A stretch of 36,650 nt of DNA from Opitutus sp. GAS368. GTDB lineage: Bacteria > Verrucomicrobiota > Verrucomicrobiia > Opitutales > Opitutaceae. The position numbers and the translations under genes were made by a program. Location: NCBI GenBank assembly GCA_945861645.1, contig CAMAVZ010000020.1:1-36650 (forward strand), written 5' to 3'. This document shows, in pieces, positions 27,167 to 36,650 of the stretch. Each line of letters opens with the position of its first letter. Position 1 is the first letter of the stretch. Under the pieces are notes generated by a model that was given only the letters and a program-made list of their open reading frames with translations, was not told the origin of the DNA and searched no databases.

Positions 27167-28140
27167 ACGAACCGGCAGCTAAACCTGCGTTACCTCCGGG
27201 GCGTTCTTGGCGTGATATTCGCCAAGAAGTGCAACCGGTGGCCATGTCACGGCGCGGTCGGCAGCGGCAGATTCTGGCGTGGACGAAGGCGATCGGGATT
27301 AGTCTGTTGCTGGCGGGAGTCACGGGTGCGGTTTATTATCTGGCGCACTCCTGGGCCACCGATCGAGCATCGCTGGCCACCGCGGTGCGTAGTGAGCGAG
27401 TGCGCGAAGTCGTGCTGATTACCAACGGCGTTCTGGCGCAAGCATGGGTCAGTGAGGTGTTGGCCTTGCCGAAGGCCAGCAGTCTCATGGCGCTTGATTT
27501 GCCGACACTGCGGACGCGACTCATGGTACATGGGCAAGTGCAGGTCGCTGTCCTGACGCGTAATTTTCCGGACGCACTGGTCGTGACGCTGCAGGAGCGC
27601 ACGCCGGTCGCTCGGGTGCAGGTACAGGCAGGCACGACGGCTCCGCAGCAACTTTTAGTGGCGAAAGATGGGGTGGTCTATGAAGGCAGGAATTATGATC
27701 AGCAGATGTTGGCTGGGCTACCGTGGCTGGATGGAATTCGGCTCGCGCCATCGGCGGAGGGCTTCGCCCCCATTGCCGGGATGGCGGAGGTCTCGTCTTT
27801 GCTGTCCACGGTGCAACTGCAAGCTCCGCACCTTTATCGTGGTTGGCTGATTGTTTCGCTGGCGCGTTTAGCCGTGGCGGATGAAATTGTGGTTAAAGCG
27901 CAGGATATACCCGAGATCATCTTTACCCGTAAGCGGCCTTTCTTTAAGCAAGTAGCCCAGCTCGACTATATTATCGATCGAGCCCATGAATTACCGGATC
28001 CGATGCTTAAATCAGTTAATTTAACTTTTGACGGACAAGTGCCAGTTAGGTTGGAAAATGCCTCGCCTGACGCGTCGTCCAAGCCGTCGGGAAAGTTTTT
28101 AAAACCAGTGGGTCAACGCAAAGGGAAACGTGAGTTCTAA
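27163..28140 (+). CDS. ftsQ: Cell division protein FtsQ/DivIB
   Basis: Basic N-terminus, one TM helix, POTRA-like region ending RNFPDALVVTLQERTPVA; located between ddl and ftsA. Confidence 0.82.
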   Translation: MNEPAAKPALPPGRSWRDIRQEVQPVAMSRRGRQRQILAWTKAIGISLLLAGVTGAVYYLAHSWATDRASLATAVRSERVREVVLITNGVLAQAWVSEVLALPKASSLMALDLPTLRTRLMVHGQVQVAVLTRNFPDALVVTLQERTPVARVQVQAGTTAPQQLLVAKDGVVYEGRNYDQQMLAGLPWLDGIRLAPSAEGFAPIAGMAEVSSLLSTVQLQAPHLYRGWLIVSLARLAVADEIVVKAQDIPEIIFTRKRPFFKQVAQLDYIIDRAHELPDPMLKSVNLTFDGQVPVRLENASPDASSKPSGKFLKPVGQRKGKREF

Positions 28141-29347
28141 TCGTACCAGAATCATTGCTGCCGTAGAAATCGGCACTAATAAAATCGTCGTGCTGGTCGG
28201 CCAAGTATCGCCGAGTCGCTTGCTGCAAATCATCGGGGTCGGGGTCGCTTCTGCTCGGGGGATTATGAAAGGCGAGGTGGTGGATTATAAGGCGGCTTGT
28301 GAAGCCACGCATGAGGCCTTGGAAATGGCCTCCACGCGCGCTGGCGCCAGCATTCAAGAGGTCTGGCTGGCCCAATCAGGCGGCCATTTAGATGCATTTT
28401 ATAATGAAGCCTCCGTTAATGTGAAATCAGCGGATAACATCGTCACCGCTCTTGATATGGCGACGGTGTGCGCGATGGCCAAAGAAAAGGAACTGCCGGA
28501 AGGCCGTTCGTGCATTCATGAAATTCGGCGACCTTACCGATTGGACGGTCGCACCGTGCCGGCCCCCGAGCATTTGGTCGCGCGCCGCTTGGAAGTGGGT
28601 TACTGGATCATCCACGGACCAGCGAGCAAAGTGAGCGATAATATCCATGTCATCGGCGGTTATCATTTAGAAGTGCGAGAGCTCGTGCTCGCCAGTTTGG
28701 CGAGCGGTTCGTTGCTGACGAATACTGAGGAGCGGACCAAGGGCGCGCTGGTGATCGATATGGGCAAAGGCGTAACTGATTACGTGCTTTACCGCGACGG
28801 CCATGTGCTCGTGACCGGGACGCTCGCGGTGGCTGGCGAGCACCTCACCAATGATCTCAGTCTCGGTTTACGCATCACCACGGCCCAAGCAGAAATGCTC
28901 AAACTGCGGCATGCGCGGGGCACCGTCCAGACCCGCGACAAAACCGATAAGGTTTGGTTGAATGGGGACGGGGCCTTCGGGGACCGGCAAATCTCTAAAT
29001 TGGCCATCGAGACGATCACGGCGGCGCGCACGCTGGAGATCCTCGAGGTGGTGAAGCAAAAGCTTGGCCCAGCCTTCGAGGCTCAGCATTGTGGGGCGGG
29101 GGTAATTTTGACGGGGGGAACTTCCCGGATGCCAGGTTTGGAAGAAGCGGCCGCCCGAATTTTTGGTCTACCAGCTCGGCGCGGAGAAGCCCCGACGTGG
29201 GTTAACGACGAATTGCGTGATCCCATGTTTAGCACCGCGCTGGGTATTTTTGAATTCGCCCTCCGTGGCGCCCATGAGCACCCCGTGCCCGCCCCGAGAA
29301 AATCGGGTTGGCTGGGTAGTCTCGCGCGAATTTTTGCGACCGCCTAA
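28130..29347 (+). CDS. ftsA: Cell division protein FtsA
   Basis: EIGTNK, IDMGKGVT, AEMLK, LTGG; C-terminal amphipathic helix GWLGSLARIF; GTG start. Confidence 0.93.
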   Translation: MSSNRTRIIAAVEIGTNKIVVLVGQVSPSRLLQIIGVGVASARGIMKGEVVDYKAACEATHEALEMASTRAGASIQEVWLAQSGGHLDAFYNEASVNVKSADNIVTALDMATVCAMAKEKELPEGRSCIHEIRRPYRLDGRTVPAPEHLVARRLEVGYWIIHGPASKVSDNIHVIGGYHLEVRELVLASLASGSLLTNTEERTKGALVIDMGKGVTDYVLYRDGHVLVTGTLAVAGEHLTNDLSLGLRITTAQAEMLKLRHARGTVQTRDKTDKVWLNGDGAFGDRQISKLAIETITAARTLEILEVVKQKLGPAFEAQHCGAGVILTGGTSRMPGLEEAAARIFGLPARRGEAPTWVNDELRDPMFSTALGIFEFALRGAHEHPVPAPRKSGWLGSLARIFATA

Positions 29348-29350
29348 TTC

Positions 29351-30601
29351 ATGAACTCTGTATTAAATGAATTACCGCTGGAGCCCCTGACGGAGCGGCC
29401 CATTAATCTGAAGCTCATTGGCGTGGGCGGCGGCGGGGCTAATGCGGTTGATCGCCTAAAGCGGCAGAATCTGGAGCGGCTGCAGCTGGCGGTCATCAAC
29501 ACGGATTTTAAAGCCCTCAGTAGTTCACCGGTGCCGGATAAGATTTTAATTGGGCACACGCTGACGCGCGGCTTAAGTGCGGGGGGCGATCCGGAGATGG
29601 GACGCCAAGCGGCGGTCGCGGATAGCGATAAAATTGCAGAAATCGTGAAGGACACTGATTTGATTTTTATCATCGCTGGGCTGGGGGGCGGCACAGGATC
29701 GGGCGCGGCTCCGGTGGTCGCAGAAATTGCGGTGAAAGCCGGGGCGGTGGTGATCGCTTTTGTCACCCTGCCGTTCAGTTTCGAAGGGGGGCGCCGTCAG
29801 AAGCAAGCGGAGGAAGCGCTCGCGGAGTTGCGCCGAGTGTGCGATGCCGTTATTCCCCTGTCCAATGACATGCTCCTGCAGGAAGGCACGGAGCAGACCA
29901 GTGTGCTGGACTCTTTTGCGCAAGCCGATGAGTGGATGGGGCGCGGCGTGAAATCGATTTGGTCGATGTTGTCTCGCACGGGTCTCATCAATGTTGATTT
30001 TACCGCGCTCCGACAGGTGTTTCAATACCGCGGCGGCAAGACGCTTTTTGGGCTCGGCGTAGGGGAGGGGGAAAATTCTGCGCAGGCGGCGCTCGAAGAT
30101 TTGCAGCAGTGCCCTTTGTTACAGACGCCAGAATATGCGCGCAAGGCGGATCGATTGCTCGTGAACATTACGGGCGGGGCTGAGCTCAGCTTGATGAAGG
30201 TTAATGATTTGATGACGGCTATTACCGAGTCTTTTGGCCGAGAAGCCCACGTGGTGATGGGCGCGGCGATTGACGAGCGCTGCGCGGGCCGCGTTGAGCT
30301 TTGCGTCATTGGCACGACTGACTTGGGGAGTCGAAATTTTGTGCGCCGCGCGCCACCGCTCCCGCGGGCGACCAGCGAGAAGTCAGTCCCAACCACCGCG
30401 GTTGCAAAGTCGCCCGTCGCGTCTGCTAAAAATGCGGGGGGCGCTGAGCCCGGAGAGAGACCGAAGCAGGTTGAATTTGGCTTTCAGGGGGACCCCGTTG
30501 AAAGTCGGGGCGCATTTGAGAAATCCGATCGCAATCTTTTTGAAGGGCAGGATCTGGATCTGCCGACCTATTGGCGCAAGGGGATCAAAATTGCGGTCTA
30601 G
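29351..30601 (+). CDS. ftsZ: Cell division protein FtsZ
   Basis: GVGGGGANAV, NTD, GGGTGSG tubulin signature, PFSFEG, GLINVDF, C-terminal peptide DLDLPTYWR. Confidence 0.96.
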   Translation: MNSVLNELPLEPLTERPINLKLIGVGGGGANAVDRLKRQNLERLQLAVINTDFKALSSSPVPDKILIGHTLTRGLSAGGDPEMGRQAAVADSDKIAEIVKDTDLIFIIAGLGGGTGSGAAPVVAEIAVKAGAVVIAFVTLPFSFEGGRRQKQAEEALAELRRVCDAVIPLSNDMLLQEGTEQTSVLDSFAQADEWMGRGVKSIWSMLSRTGLINVDFTALRQVFQYRGGKTLFGLGVGEGENSAQAALEDLQQCPLLQTPEYARKADRLLVNITGGAELSLMKVNDLMTAITESFGREAHVVMGAAIDERCAGRVELCVIGTTDLGSRNFVRRAPPLPRATSEKSVPTTAVAKSPVASAKNAGGAEPGERPKQVEFGFQGDPVESRGAFEKSDRNLFEGQDLDLPTYWRKGIKIAV

Positions 30602-30665
30602 GTGGCTTAAGGCCTATCGTCCGATTGCGCTTTACGCCGACGCTCAGGCATAGACTGATAGAGCC

Positions 30666-31697
30666 ATGTTTATCGACGAAACAACGATCAAGGCACGCGC
30701 GGGCGACGGCGGTCGTGGCTGCGTCAGTTTTCGCCGGGAAAAATATGAGCCGTGGGGCGGGCCTAATGGGGGCGACGGCGGCAAAGGGGGCGACGTCATC
30801 CTGCGGGGTGACGATGACCAGAATAACTTGATTGATTTTAAATTTAAACCGCACTGGACCGGCGAACGCGGTGAACACGGTTTGGGCAAAGACTGTAACG
30901 GCCGCGAGGGCCGGCCCGCCATTTTGCGCGTGCCGCTCGGCACCGTCTGCACCGATTTGGTGACGGGCGAGGTCGTGGTGGAAATCCTTAATGACCATCA
31001 AGAATTTGTCCTCTGCCAAGGCGGCAAAGGCGGGTTTGGTAACACGAAATTCAAATCCTCCGTGACGCGAGCTCCCCGTAAAACGGGCCCTGGTGAACCG
31101 GGTACAACGGGTAATTATCGACTGGAATTGAAGAGCATTGCCGACATCGGACTGGTTGGTTTCCCCAACGCTGGCAAATCATCGCTCACCACTTTAATCA
31201 CCAATGCGCGGCCCAAGACGGCGCCCTATCCCTTTACCACGCTCCATCCGCAGATTGGGATCATCGACTATGTGCCGGAATATGAACGCCTGATTATGGC
31301 TGATGTCCCGGGGCTGATTGCGGGCGCTAGCAGCGGGAAGGGGCTCGGGCATCGCTTCCTGAAGCATATCGAACGCTGCCAATTGCTCCTAATTATTTTA
31401 GACTTAGCCGGCACGGATACCCGCGATCCGCGCCTAGATTATAAACAGCTGCTAAAAGAGTTAGAACTGTATGCGCCAGCCTTATTGGACAAGCCGCGGT
31501 TGGTGGTCGCCAATAAAATGGATGAAGATGCTGCCGTCATCAATTTGGTTAAATTTAAAAAGCGCTATCCTAAAGTGGAAGTTGTGCCGATCTCCTGTTT
31601 GACCGAAATCGGCATTCCTAAATTGAAGAAAGAATTACTAAAACGAGTGAAGAAAATGCGCGCGAAAGCAAAGCAATCGTCCGCGACTAAGGCCTGA
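30666..31697 (+). CDS. obgE: Obg-family GTPase
   Basis: Gly-rich Obg fold (GGPNGGDGGKGG); G1 GFPNAGKS, G2 YPFTT, G3 DVPG, G4 NKMD. Confidence 0.97.
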   Translation: MFIDETTIKARAGDGGRGCVSFRREKYEPWGGPNGGDGGKGGDVILRGDDDQNNLIDFKFKPHWTGERGEHGLGKDCNGREGRPAILRVPLGTVCTDLVTGEVVVEILNDHQEFVLCQGGKGGFGNTKFKSSVTRAPRKTGPGEPGTTGNYRLELKSIADIGLVGFPNAGKSSLTTLITNARPKTAPYPFTTLHPQIGIIDYVPEYERLIMADVPGLIAGASSGKGLGHRFLKHIERCQLLLIILDLAGTDTRDPRLDYKQLLKELELYAPALLDKPRLVVANKMDEDAAVINLVKFKKRYPKVEVVPISCLTEIGIPKLKKELLKRVKKMRAKAKQSSATKA

Positions 31698-31715
31698 GTA
31701 AACTCCTGTTCTGTC

Positions 31716-32363
31716 ATGTCGGAATATCGACCATTATTGATGCGCTCAAATCGCCTGTTGGGTTCGGCTTTAATCGAGCACAATTTGGTCAAATTTGAGG
31801 ATCTGGAGGCGGCCAACGAGCGATTGCTGGAGATCGCCACTACCGGTGATTTGCGCCGCAGTTCCGTGCTCAGCGTGTTGGTCTATGAGAAAAAAGTACT
31901 GACCGAGGAGGCGATATTGCACCACGTAGTCGACAATCACGCGGTGAGCGTGATCGATTTACGCACTTATGATGTGCCGGAAAGTGTCCGCCGCGAACTT
32001 GATCTGGAGGCTTGCTGGGCGACGTGGAGCGTCCCGTTTGATCAGGAAGAAGATTTTCACTTTGTGGCGACGGCCTATTATTTAAGTTCGGCGGTGCGGT
32101 CTTTTTGGGAAAAAAAATTGGGCGGCCAAATTATTTGGCAAGCAACCACGATGGACATCATTGCGGATTTCATCGACCGCACGCACTGGGAGCAGCTGGC
32201 TGCCAAAAAAAATAATCTTCGCCCGCTGACCCCGGGTAGTCAGAGTTCCGTGCCGTTGCCGACGAGTAGCGCGCCGCCTTTTCCCCTGAGTGATCCCGTG
32301 AGTCCCCCGCCGCCGTTGCCGCTGGGTGGTCGGAGTGGTTCGCGTCCGCCTTTACCCGCCTAA
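31716..32363 (+). CDS. Hypothetical protein resembling a stand-alone MshEN/T2SSE N-terminal domain, with Pro-rich tail
   Basis: N-terminal RLLGSALIEHNLVKFEDLEAA resembles the RLGxxLLxxGLI motif; directly upstream of (3-nt gap to) a PilB/GspE ATPase. Confidence 0.55.
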   Translation: MSEYRPLLMRSNRLLGSALIEHNLVKFEDLEAANERLLEIATTGDLRRSSVLSVLVYEKKVLTEEAILHHVVDNHAVSVIDLRTYDVPESVRRELDLEACWATWSVPFDQEEDFHFVATAYYLSSAVRSFWEKKLGGQIIWQATTMDIIADFIDRTHWEQLAAKKNNLRPLTPGSQSSVPLPTSSAPPFPLSDPVSPPPPLPLGGRSGSRPPLPA

Positions 32364-32366
32364 GTT

Positions 32367-34100
32367 ATGCCGCTCGGTCGCACGCAAACACAGATTATTG
32401 AGAAGCTGCACGAGATGGGCAAGCTGACCTTGGAGCAGCGGGTGGTCTTGTTGGCGCGGCCGGATGAACCGACGGGCGATCAGCTCGATCAGCTCTTACA
32501 GGCGGATCACCGCATTACGCTTTTCCAGTTGCTGCTCGCCAAGTGCCGCGCTCTCGGCCTCGCGCCGTTTAATGTGGCGCGGTATAAAATGCACAATGGG
32601 ACCTTCGAGAAAATCGACCTCGAATTCTGTCAGCGGAATATTATTTTACCGGTGGGGCAGGTGGGCGATTTTCTCCTCGTGGCATTTGCGAATCCCTTCG
32701 AGACCTCGGTGGCGACTAAGATTCAGGACAAAACGGGATTGCGGGTCATTCGCCTGTTGGGCCGCGAGGCGGATATTCGCGAAAAACTGCAACACGACCA
32801 ATTACACGATATGGTGCAGTTTTCCGATGTCGTCGATCAGCTCGGGGCACAGTACGAAGATAAGGAAACGGAGATCAAAGAAGAGGATTTAACGAATGAG
32901 GAGTCGGCGCCAATTATTTTGCTCGCGAACCGGATTATTGAGGAAGCCTATTTTGCGGGCACCTCAGATATTCATCTCGAGCCTTGGGAGAAGGAAATGG
33001 TCGTGCGCTATCGGATTGATGGCTTAACCCAAGAAAAGCTCCGTTTGCCGGGGCGAGTCGCCGGGGCACTCGTGGCGCGGATTAAGATCATGTGCAATCT
33101 CGACATTGCCGAGCGACGCTTGCCGCAAGATGGGCGTATTGTTTTTAAGCAATATAACAAAAAGAATATTGATATCGACCTGCGGGTTTCGACCGCGCCG
33201 CTGAATTACGGCGAGGGCGTCGTGTTGCGTATCCTAGATAAGCAAAAATCAACGCTCCCCTTGCCGGCCTTGGGCTTTAGTCCCGCTAATCTTACTCAAT
33301 ATCGCGAGTGCATCCGCCAGCCTTACGGCATGATCCTCCATTGCGGGCCGACGGGCTCAGGTAAATCGATGACCCTGTATTCTGCCCTGAACGAAATTAA
33401 CACTACGGATGTGGTGATTCGCACGGCCGAGGATCCGATCGAGTACACCTTACCTGGCATCAATCAGATGCAGATGCATCGACAGATCGGGCTCACGTTT
33501 GCGACGGCGCTGCGCTCATTTCTTCGCCAGGATCCTGATATTATTCTCGTGGGTGAGATCCGCGACCAAGAGACGGCGAATATCGCGGTAGAGGCCGCGC
33601 TGACTGGCCACATGCTGCTCAGTACGCTGCACACGAATGATGCCCCTTCAACGATCGCGCGGCTCACGGACATGGGCATTGAGCCATTTATGATTTCCTC
33701 CTCGCTGGTGGCGGTTTGTTCGCAGCGATTGATGCGTCGGGTGTGCCGAATCTGCCGCCAACCGCACGAGCCGGATGAGCGGGAAAAAGAACTTTTACAG
33801 CGCGCCATCGACTGGCATGGGCCGATTTATAAGGCGCAAGCCGCTGGTTGCGCCAAGTGCAGTAATACCGGCTACAAAGGACGGGTGGGGATTCATGAAT
33901 TATTGGTCAATAATGAGGAATTAATTGAAGCCATTAACCGCGGGGCGGAAACCGCCGAGCTCAAGCGCATTGGTATGAAGCACGGGATGAAAACATTGCA
34001 CCAAGATAGCATGATGAAAGTGCGGGAAGGTCTTAGCACGATGGCGGAGGCCCTCAGCACGGTGCCGCAGGACATGGAATTGCGGGGCAGCCGAAAGTAA
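32367..34100 (+). CDS. GspE/PilB-family secretion or pilus assembly ATPase
   Basis: [24 protein letters not shown], Walker [32 protein letters not shown]...STLHTN, tetracysteine CRIC/CAKC, GYKGR. Confidence 0.93.
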   Translation: MPLGRTQTQIIEKLHEMGKLTLEQRVVLLARPDEPTGDQLDQLLQADHRITLFQLLLAKCRALGLAPFNVARYKMHNGTFEKIDLEFCQRNIILPVGQVGDFLLVAFANPFETSVATKIQDKTGLRVIRLLGREADIREKLQHDQLHDMVQFSDVVDQLGAQYEDKETEIKEEDLTNEESAPIILLANRIIEEAYFAGTSDIHLEPWEKEMVVRYRIDGLTQEKLRLPGRVAGALVARIKIMCNLDIAERRLPQDGRIVFKQYNKKNIDIDLRVSTAPLNYGEGVVLRILDKQKSTLPLPALGFSPANLTQYRECIRQPYGMILHCGPTGSGKSMTLYSALNEINTTDVVIRTAEDPIEYTLPGINQMQMHRQIGLTFATALRSFLRQDPDIILVGEIRDQETANIAVEAALTGHMLLSTLHTNDAPSTIARLTDMGIEPFMISSSLVAVCSQRLMRRVCRICRQPHEPDEREKELLQRAIDWHGPIYKAQAAGCAKCSNTGYKGRVGIHELLVNNEELIEAINRGAETAELKRIGMKHGMKTLHQDSMMKVREGLSTMAEALSTVPQDMELRGSRK

Positions 34101-34138
34101 GTCGGCCCCCTTGTCGTGATGGGCGCCGCGAAAAATTT

Positions 34139-34172
34139 CCCCGCTAGGTTTGCGGGCGCACCTTCAGCGGGG
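34139..34172. other. Intergenic inverted repeat / stem-loop, possible terminator
   Basis: CCCCGCT (34139-34145) pairs with AGCGGGG (34166-34172), with inner AGGT/ACCT pairing; no clear U-tract on the + strand. Confidence 0.35.
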
Positions 34173-34207
34173 TACGCGATTCGTCCTAAAGTTAGGTTTA
34201 TGCGCGC

Positions 34208-34837
34208 ATGAACTACTGGCCGGAATTTTTGCTCATAGTTGGGGCGCACGCGCTGGCGGTGGCGAGCCCGGGACCCGACTTTGCCATCGTGCTTAAACAA
34301 AGTCTCCTGCATGGGCGCCGCACCGCGCTCTGGACGAGCCTCGGCATTGGCGTCGGCCTTGCCGTGCATATAACCTATAGTCTACTGGGGGTGGGTTGGT
34401 TGCTTAAAAATTCCGCGGCTACGCTCTCGGCGCTACAATATTTGGGGGCGGCTTACCTGGCTTTTCTCGGCTGGCAGGCGGTCTTAGCCAAGCCGCGTGC
34501 CGGGGAAGTTGAGCTCGCCGGCTTCACCCGTGCGCCCACACCTCGGTCGGCTTGGCTCGCGGGTTTTTTGGTCAACGTCTTGAATCTTAAAGCGGCTTTA
34601 TTTTTTATCGCGCTGTTTGTCCTGCGCGTGAGTCCGCTCACACCGCTGTTGATTCAATTTGGCTATGGCGTCTGGATGACTCTAGCCACCGTGGCTTGGT
34701 TTAGCTTGGTCTCGGTCGTGTTTACTGAGCCCAGAATCCGGCATAAATTTCTCCGCTACGGTCACTGGATCGACCGCAGCCTCGGGGTCGTTTTTATCGG
34801 ATTTGCGCTTAGCTTGGTGCTGACGGCGGGGCGGTGA
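34208..34837 (+). CDS. LysE/RhtB-family amino acid exporter
   Basis: SPGPDF, GAAYLAFLG, NLKAALFF (variant of NPK); about 6 TM segments. Confidence 0.9.
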   Translation: MNYWPEFLLIVGAHALAVASPGPDFAIVLKQSLLHGRRTALWTSLGIGVGLAVHITYSLLGVGWLLKNSAATLSALQYLGAAYLAFLGWQAVLAKPRAGEVELAGFTRAPTPRSAWLAGFLVNVLNLKAALFFIALFVLRVSPLTPLLIQFGYGVWMTLATVAWFSLVSVVFTEPRIRHKFLRYGHWIDRSLGVVFIGFALSLVLTAGR

Positions 34838-34855
34838 TCGCGCGCTCACTGCGGC

Positions 34856-35839
34856 TCAGATTTCGTTGAGGCGGACGCAGGCGACGTGGCGTTGGGGTTC
34901 CGCTAATTGCAGCGGAGGCGTGGTCGCGCGACATTGCGCCTGTACGTGAGGACACCGCGGATGGAAGGCGCACCCGGTCGGCGGATGGAGGGGAGAGGGT
35001 GGATCACCCGCGAGGATCAAGCGAGGGCTCCGGCGCTGAAGATCAGGATCGAGGTGGGGGATCGCGCTCACCAACGCTTGCGTGTAAGGGTGGCGGGGAC
35101 GTTCAATGACGTCGGTTGCGGGTCCGAGCTCGACGATTTTCCCGAGATACATCACGGCGATGCGATCCGAGATGTGTTTCACCACGGAGAGATCGTGCGC
35201 GATGAAAATCAGGGTGAGATTCATCTCGCGGCAGAGTTGGGCGAGTAAATTAAGAATTTGCGCTTGCATGGAAACATCGAGCGCCGAGACGGGTTCATCG
35301 GCGATGATGACCTTGGGTTCCAAGGCGAGGGCCCGCGCGATCGCGATGCGCTGACGTTGCCCGCCGGAGAATTCGTGGGGATATTTCCCGAGCACCTGGG
35401 ACGACAGACCTACTTTTTCGGCCAAGGCCACGACGCGCGCGCGGACTTGCTCGGGTGGCACGACTCGATGCACGAGCAGCGGCTCCGCCAAAGTGGCGTA
35501 GACCGTGAGCCGCGGGTTCAGCGAGGCAAAGGGATCTTGAAAAATCATCTGTAAGTCGCGCCGGGCGACGAGCAGTTCAGCGGCGGAGGCGGCGGTTAAG
35601 TTTCGGCCTTCGAGCAATACTGTGCCGGCCGTTGTCGGCACCAATTGCATGATCGTGCGCGCCAACGTGGATTTACCGCAGCCCGATTCGCCCACCAGCC
35701 CGAGAACCTCGCCGCGTTGAACGTTCAGCGTGATGCCATCAACGGCTTTGACGGTGCCGGTTTGATGGCGGAACAGAAAGCCTGATTCGACGGGGAAGTG
35801 CGTCTGCACGTCGTTCAGTTGGAGAATAGGGGATGGCAT
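34856..35839 (-). CDS. Oligopeptide/dipeptide ABC transporter ATP-binding subunit (OppF/DppF type)
   Basis: GESGCGKS, QMIFQDP, FSGGQRQR, ADEPVSALD, HPYT, C-terminal GCAFHPRC. Confidence 0.93.
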   Translation of the reverse strand: MPSPILQLNDVQTHFPVESGFLFRHQTGTVKAVDGITLNVQRGEVLGLVGESGCGKSTLARTIMQLVPTTAGTVLLEGRNLTAASAAELLVARRDLQMIFQDPFASLNPRLTVYATLAEPLLVHRVVPPEQVRARVVALAEKVGLSSQVLGKYPHEFSGGQRQRIAIARALALEPKVIIADEPVSALDVSMQAQILNLLAQLCREMNLTLIFIAHDLSVVKHISDRIAVMYLGKIVELGPATDVIERPRHPYTQALVSAIPHLDPDLQRRSPRLILAGDPPSPLHPPTGCAFHPRCPHVQAQCRATTPPLQLAEPQRHVACVRLNEI

Positions 35840-35876
35840 CAGGATCAGCTTTCCTTGGGAAAATAGATTCCGTCGG

Positions 35877-36650
35877 CTAAATTTCTTGGGCTTGAACGCG
35901 CAGGCAGGCGGTAGCTTGGGTGGCGCTCACTGGCAGCAGGCCGGGGTCGGTGGCCTGACAGCGGTCGGTGACCGCGGCGCAGCGGGAAGCGAAGGCGCAG
36001 CCTGCCTTGGGTTTTGATAGATCGGGAGGTAGTCCTGAAATGGTGTAGAGATCGCGACCTTTGGGCTGTAAAGACGGAATCGAGCGCTGCAGGGCTTGGG
36101 TGTAAGGATGGCGCGGCGCGCGGAATAGGGTGCGGGTGTCAGCGGTTTCAACAATGCGCCCAGCATACATGACTTGGACGCGATCACAAAGTCCGGAGAC
36201 GACGCCAAGGTCGTGGGTCACAAAAATGACCGCCATGTGAAATTCCTGCTGGAGCTTTTTGATCAGCTCGAGGATTTGCGCCTGCACCGTAACATCCAGC
36301 GCGGTGGTTGGTTCGTCGGCGATGAGGATTTCCGGTCGCGTAATGAGCGCCATCGCGATCATGACCCGCTGTCGCATGCCCCCAGAAAATTCGTGAGGGT
36401 AAGCTTGGAGACGCTGCGCGGCGTCGTTGATTCCAACCGCTTCCAGCATGGCGAGGCCGCGGGCTAAGGCCGCGGGACGCGAGATTTTTTCGTGAATGAG
36501 TAGTGGCTCGATGAGTTGATCCGCGATGCGCAGGTAGGGATTAAGCGACGTCATCGGATCCTGAAAGATCATCGCGAGGCGTTGGCCGCGAATCGCGCGG
36601 GCCTGCGCGGGCGAGCAATGGAGCAGGTCGGTGCCGTCGAACATCGCGGT
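35877..36650 (-). CDS. Oligopeptide/dipeptide ABC transporter ATP-binding subunit (OppD/DppD type), partial (5' end outside the window)
   Basis: [42 protein letters not shown]; Walker A absent and the frame stays open to the window edge. Confidence 0.92.
   Translation of the reverse strand, partial: TAMFDGTDLLHCSPAQARAIRGQRLAMIFQDPMTSLNPYLRIADQLIEPLLIHEKISRPAALARGLAMLEAVGINDAAQRLQAYPHEFSGGMRQRVMIAMALITRPEILIADEPTTALDVTVQAQILELIKKLQQEFHMAVIFVTHDLGVVSGLCDRVQVMYAGRIVETADTRTLFRAPRHPYTQALQRSIPSLQPKGRDLYTISGLPPDLSKPKAGCAFASRCAAVTDRCQATDPGLLPVSATQATACLRVQAQEI

Noticed and set aside
34856-36650. Opp/Dpp ATPases as part of the muropeptide salvage system
   Set aside because: More than 23 kb from the recycling locus, and the substrate-binding subunit is outside the window, so no link can be supported.
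1-36650. CRISPR arrays, tRNA/rRNA genes, IS elements, prophage or defence genes
   Set aside because: No regularly spaced repeats, cloverleaf-like sequences, or transposase, integrase or nuclease motifs were seen by eye; nearly all sequence is accounted for by housekeeping CDS.

Overview
GC-rich bacterial chromosomal window, probably Verrucomicrobiota/Opitutae-like. That assignment is inferred from the PVC-type dcw order with a LysM gene before ftsW and from the FtsZ C-terminus; it was not verified. About 30 kb is devoted to cell-wall metabolism. (1) 1-11.4 kb: a peptidoglycan recycling/scavenging locus with anmK (partial), murQ, a DigH/YddW-like GHL10 lipoprotein, ampG, a sodium:solute symporter plus a 48-aa membrane peptide, an Amidase_2 lipoprotein, nagZ and an L-Ala-D/L-Glu epimerase. 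A lone IlvD/Edd sugar-acid dehydratase interrupts it. (2) A SulP transporter. (3) 13.7-30.6 kb: the dcw cluster mraZ-rsmH-ftsL-ftsI-murE-murF-mraY-LysM-ftsW-murG-murB-ddl-ftsQ-ftsA-ftsZ, with MraZ-box repeats upstream. (4) obgE, an MshEN-like protein, a PilB/GspE ATPase, a LysE transporter and two OppD/OppF-type ATPases. Most notable: both murC and murD are missing from the dcw cluster; small basic ORFs fill three of its intergenic gaps; an identical 17-bp SD/stop-start junction flanks murG; FtsZ has Ala in place of the catalytic T7-loop Asp; and the symporter operon has a structured, attenuator-like leader. No rRNA, tRNA, CRISPR array or mobile element was recognised.
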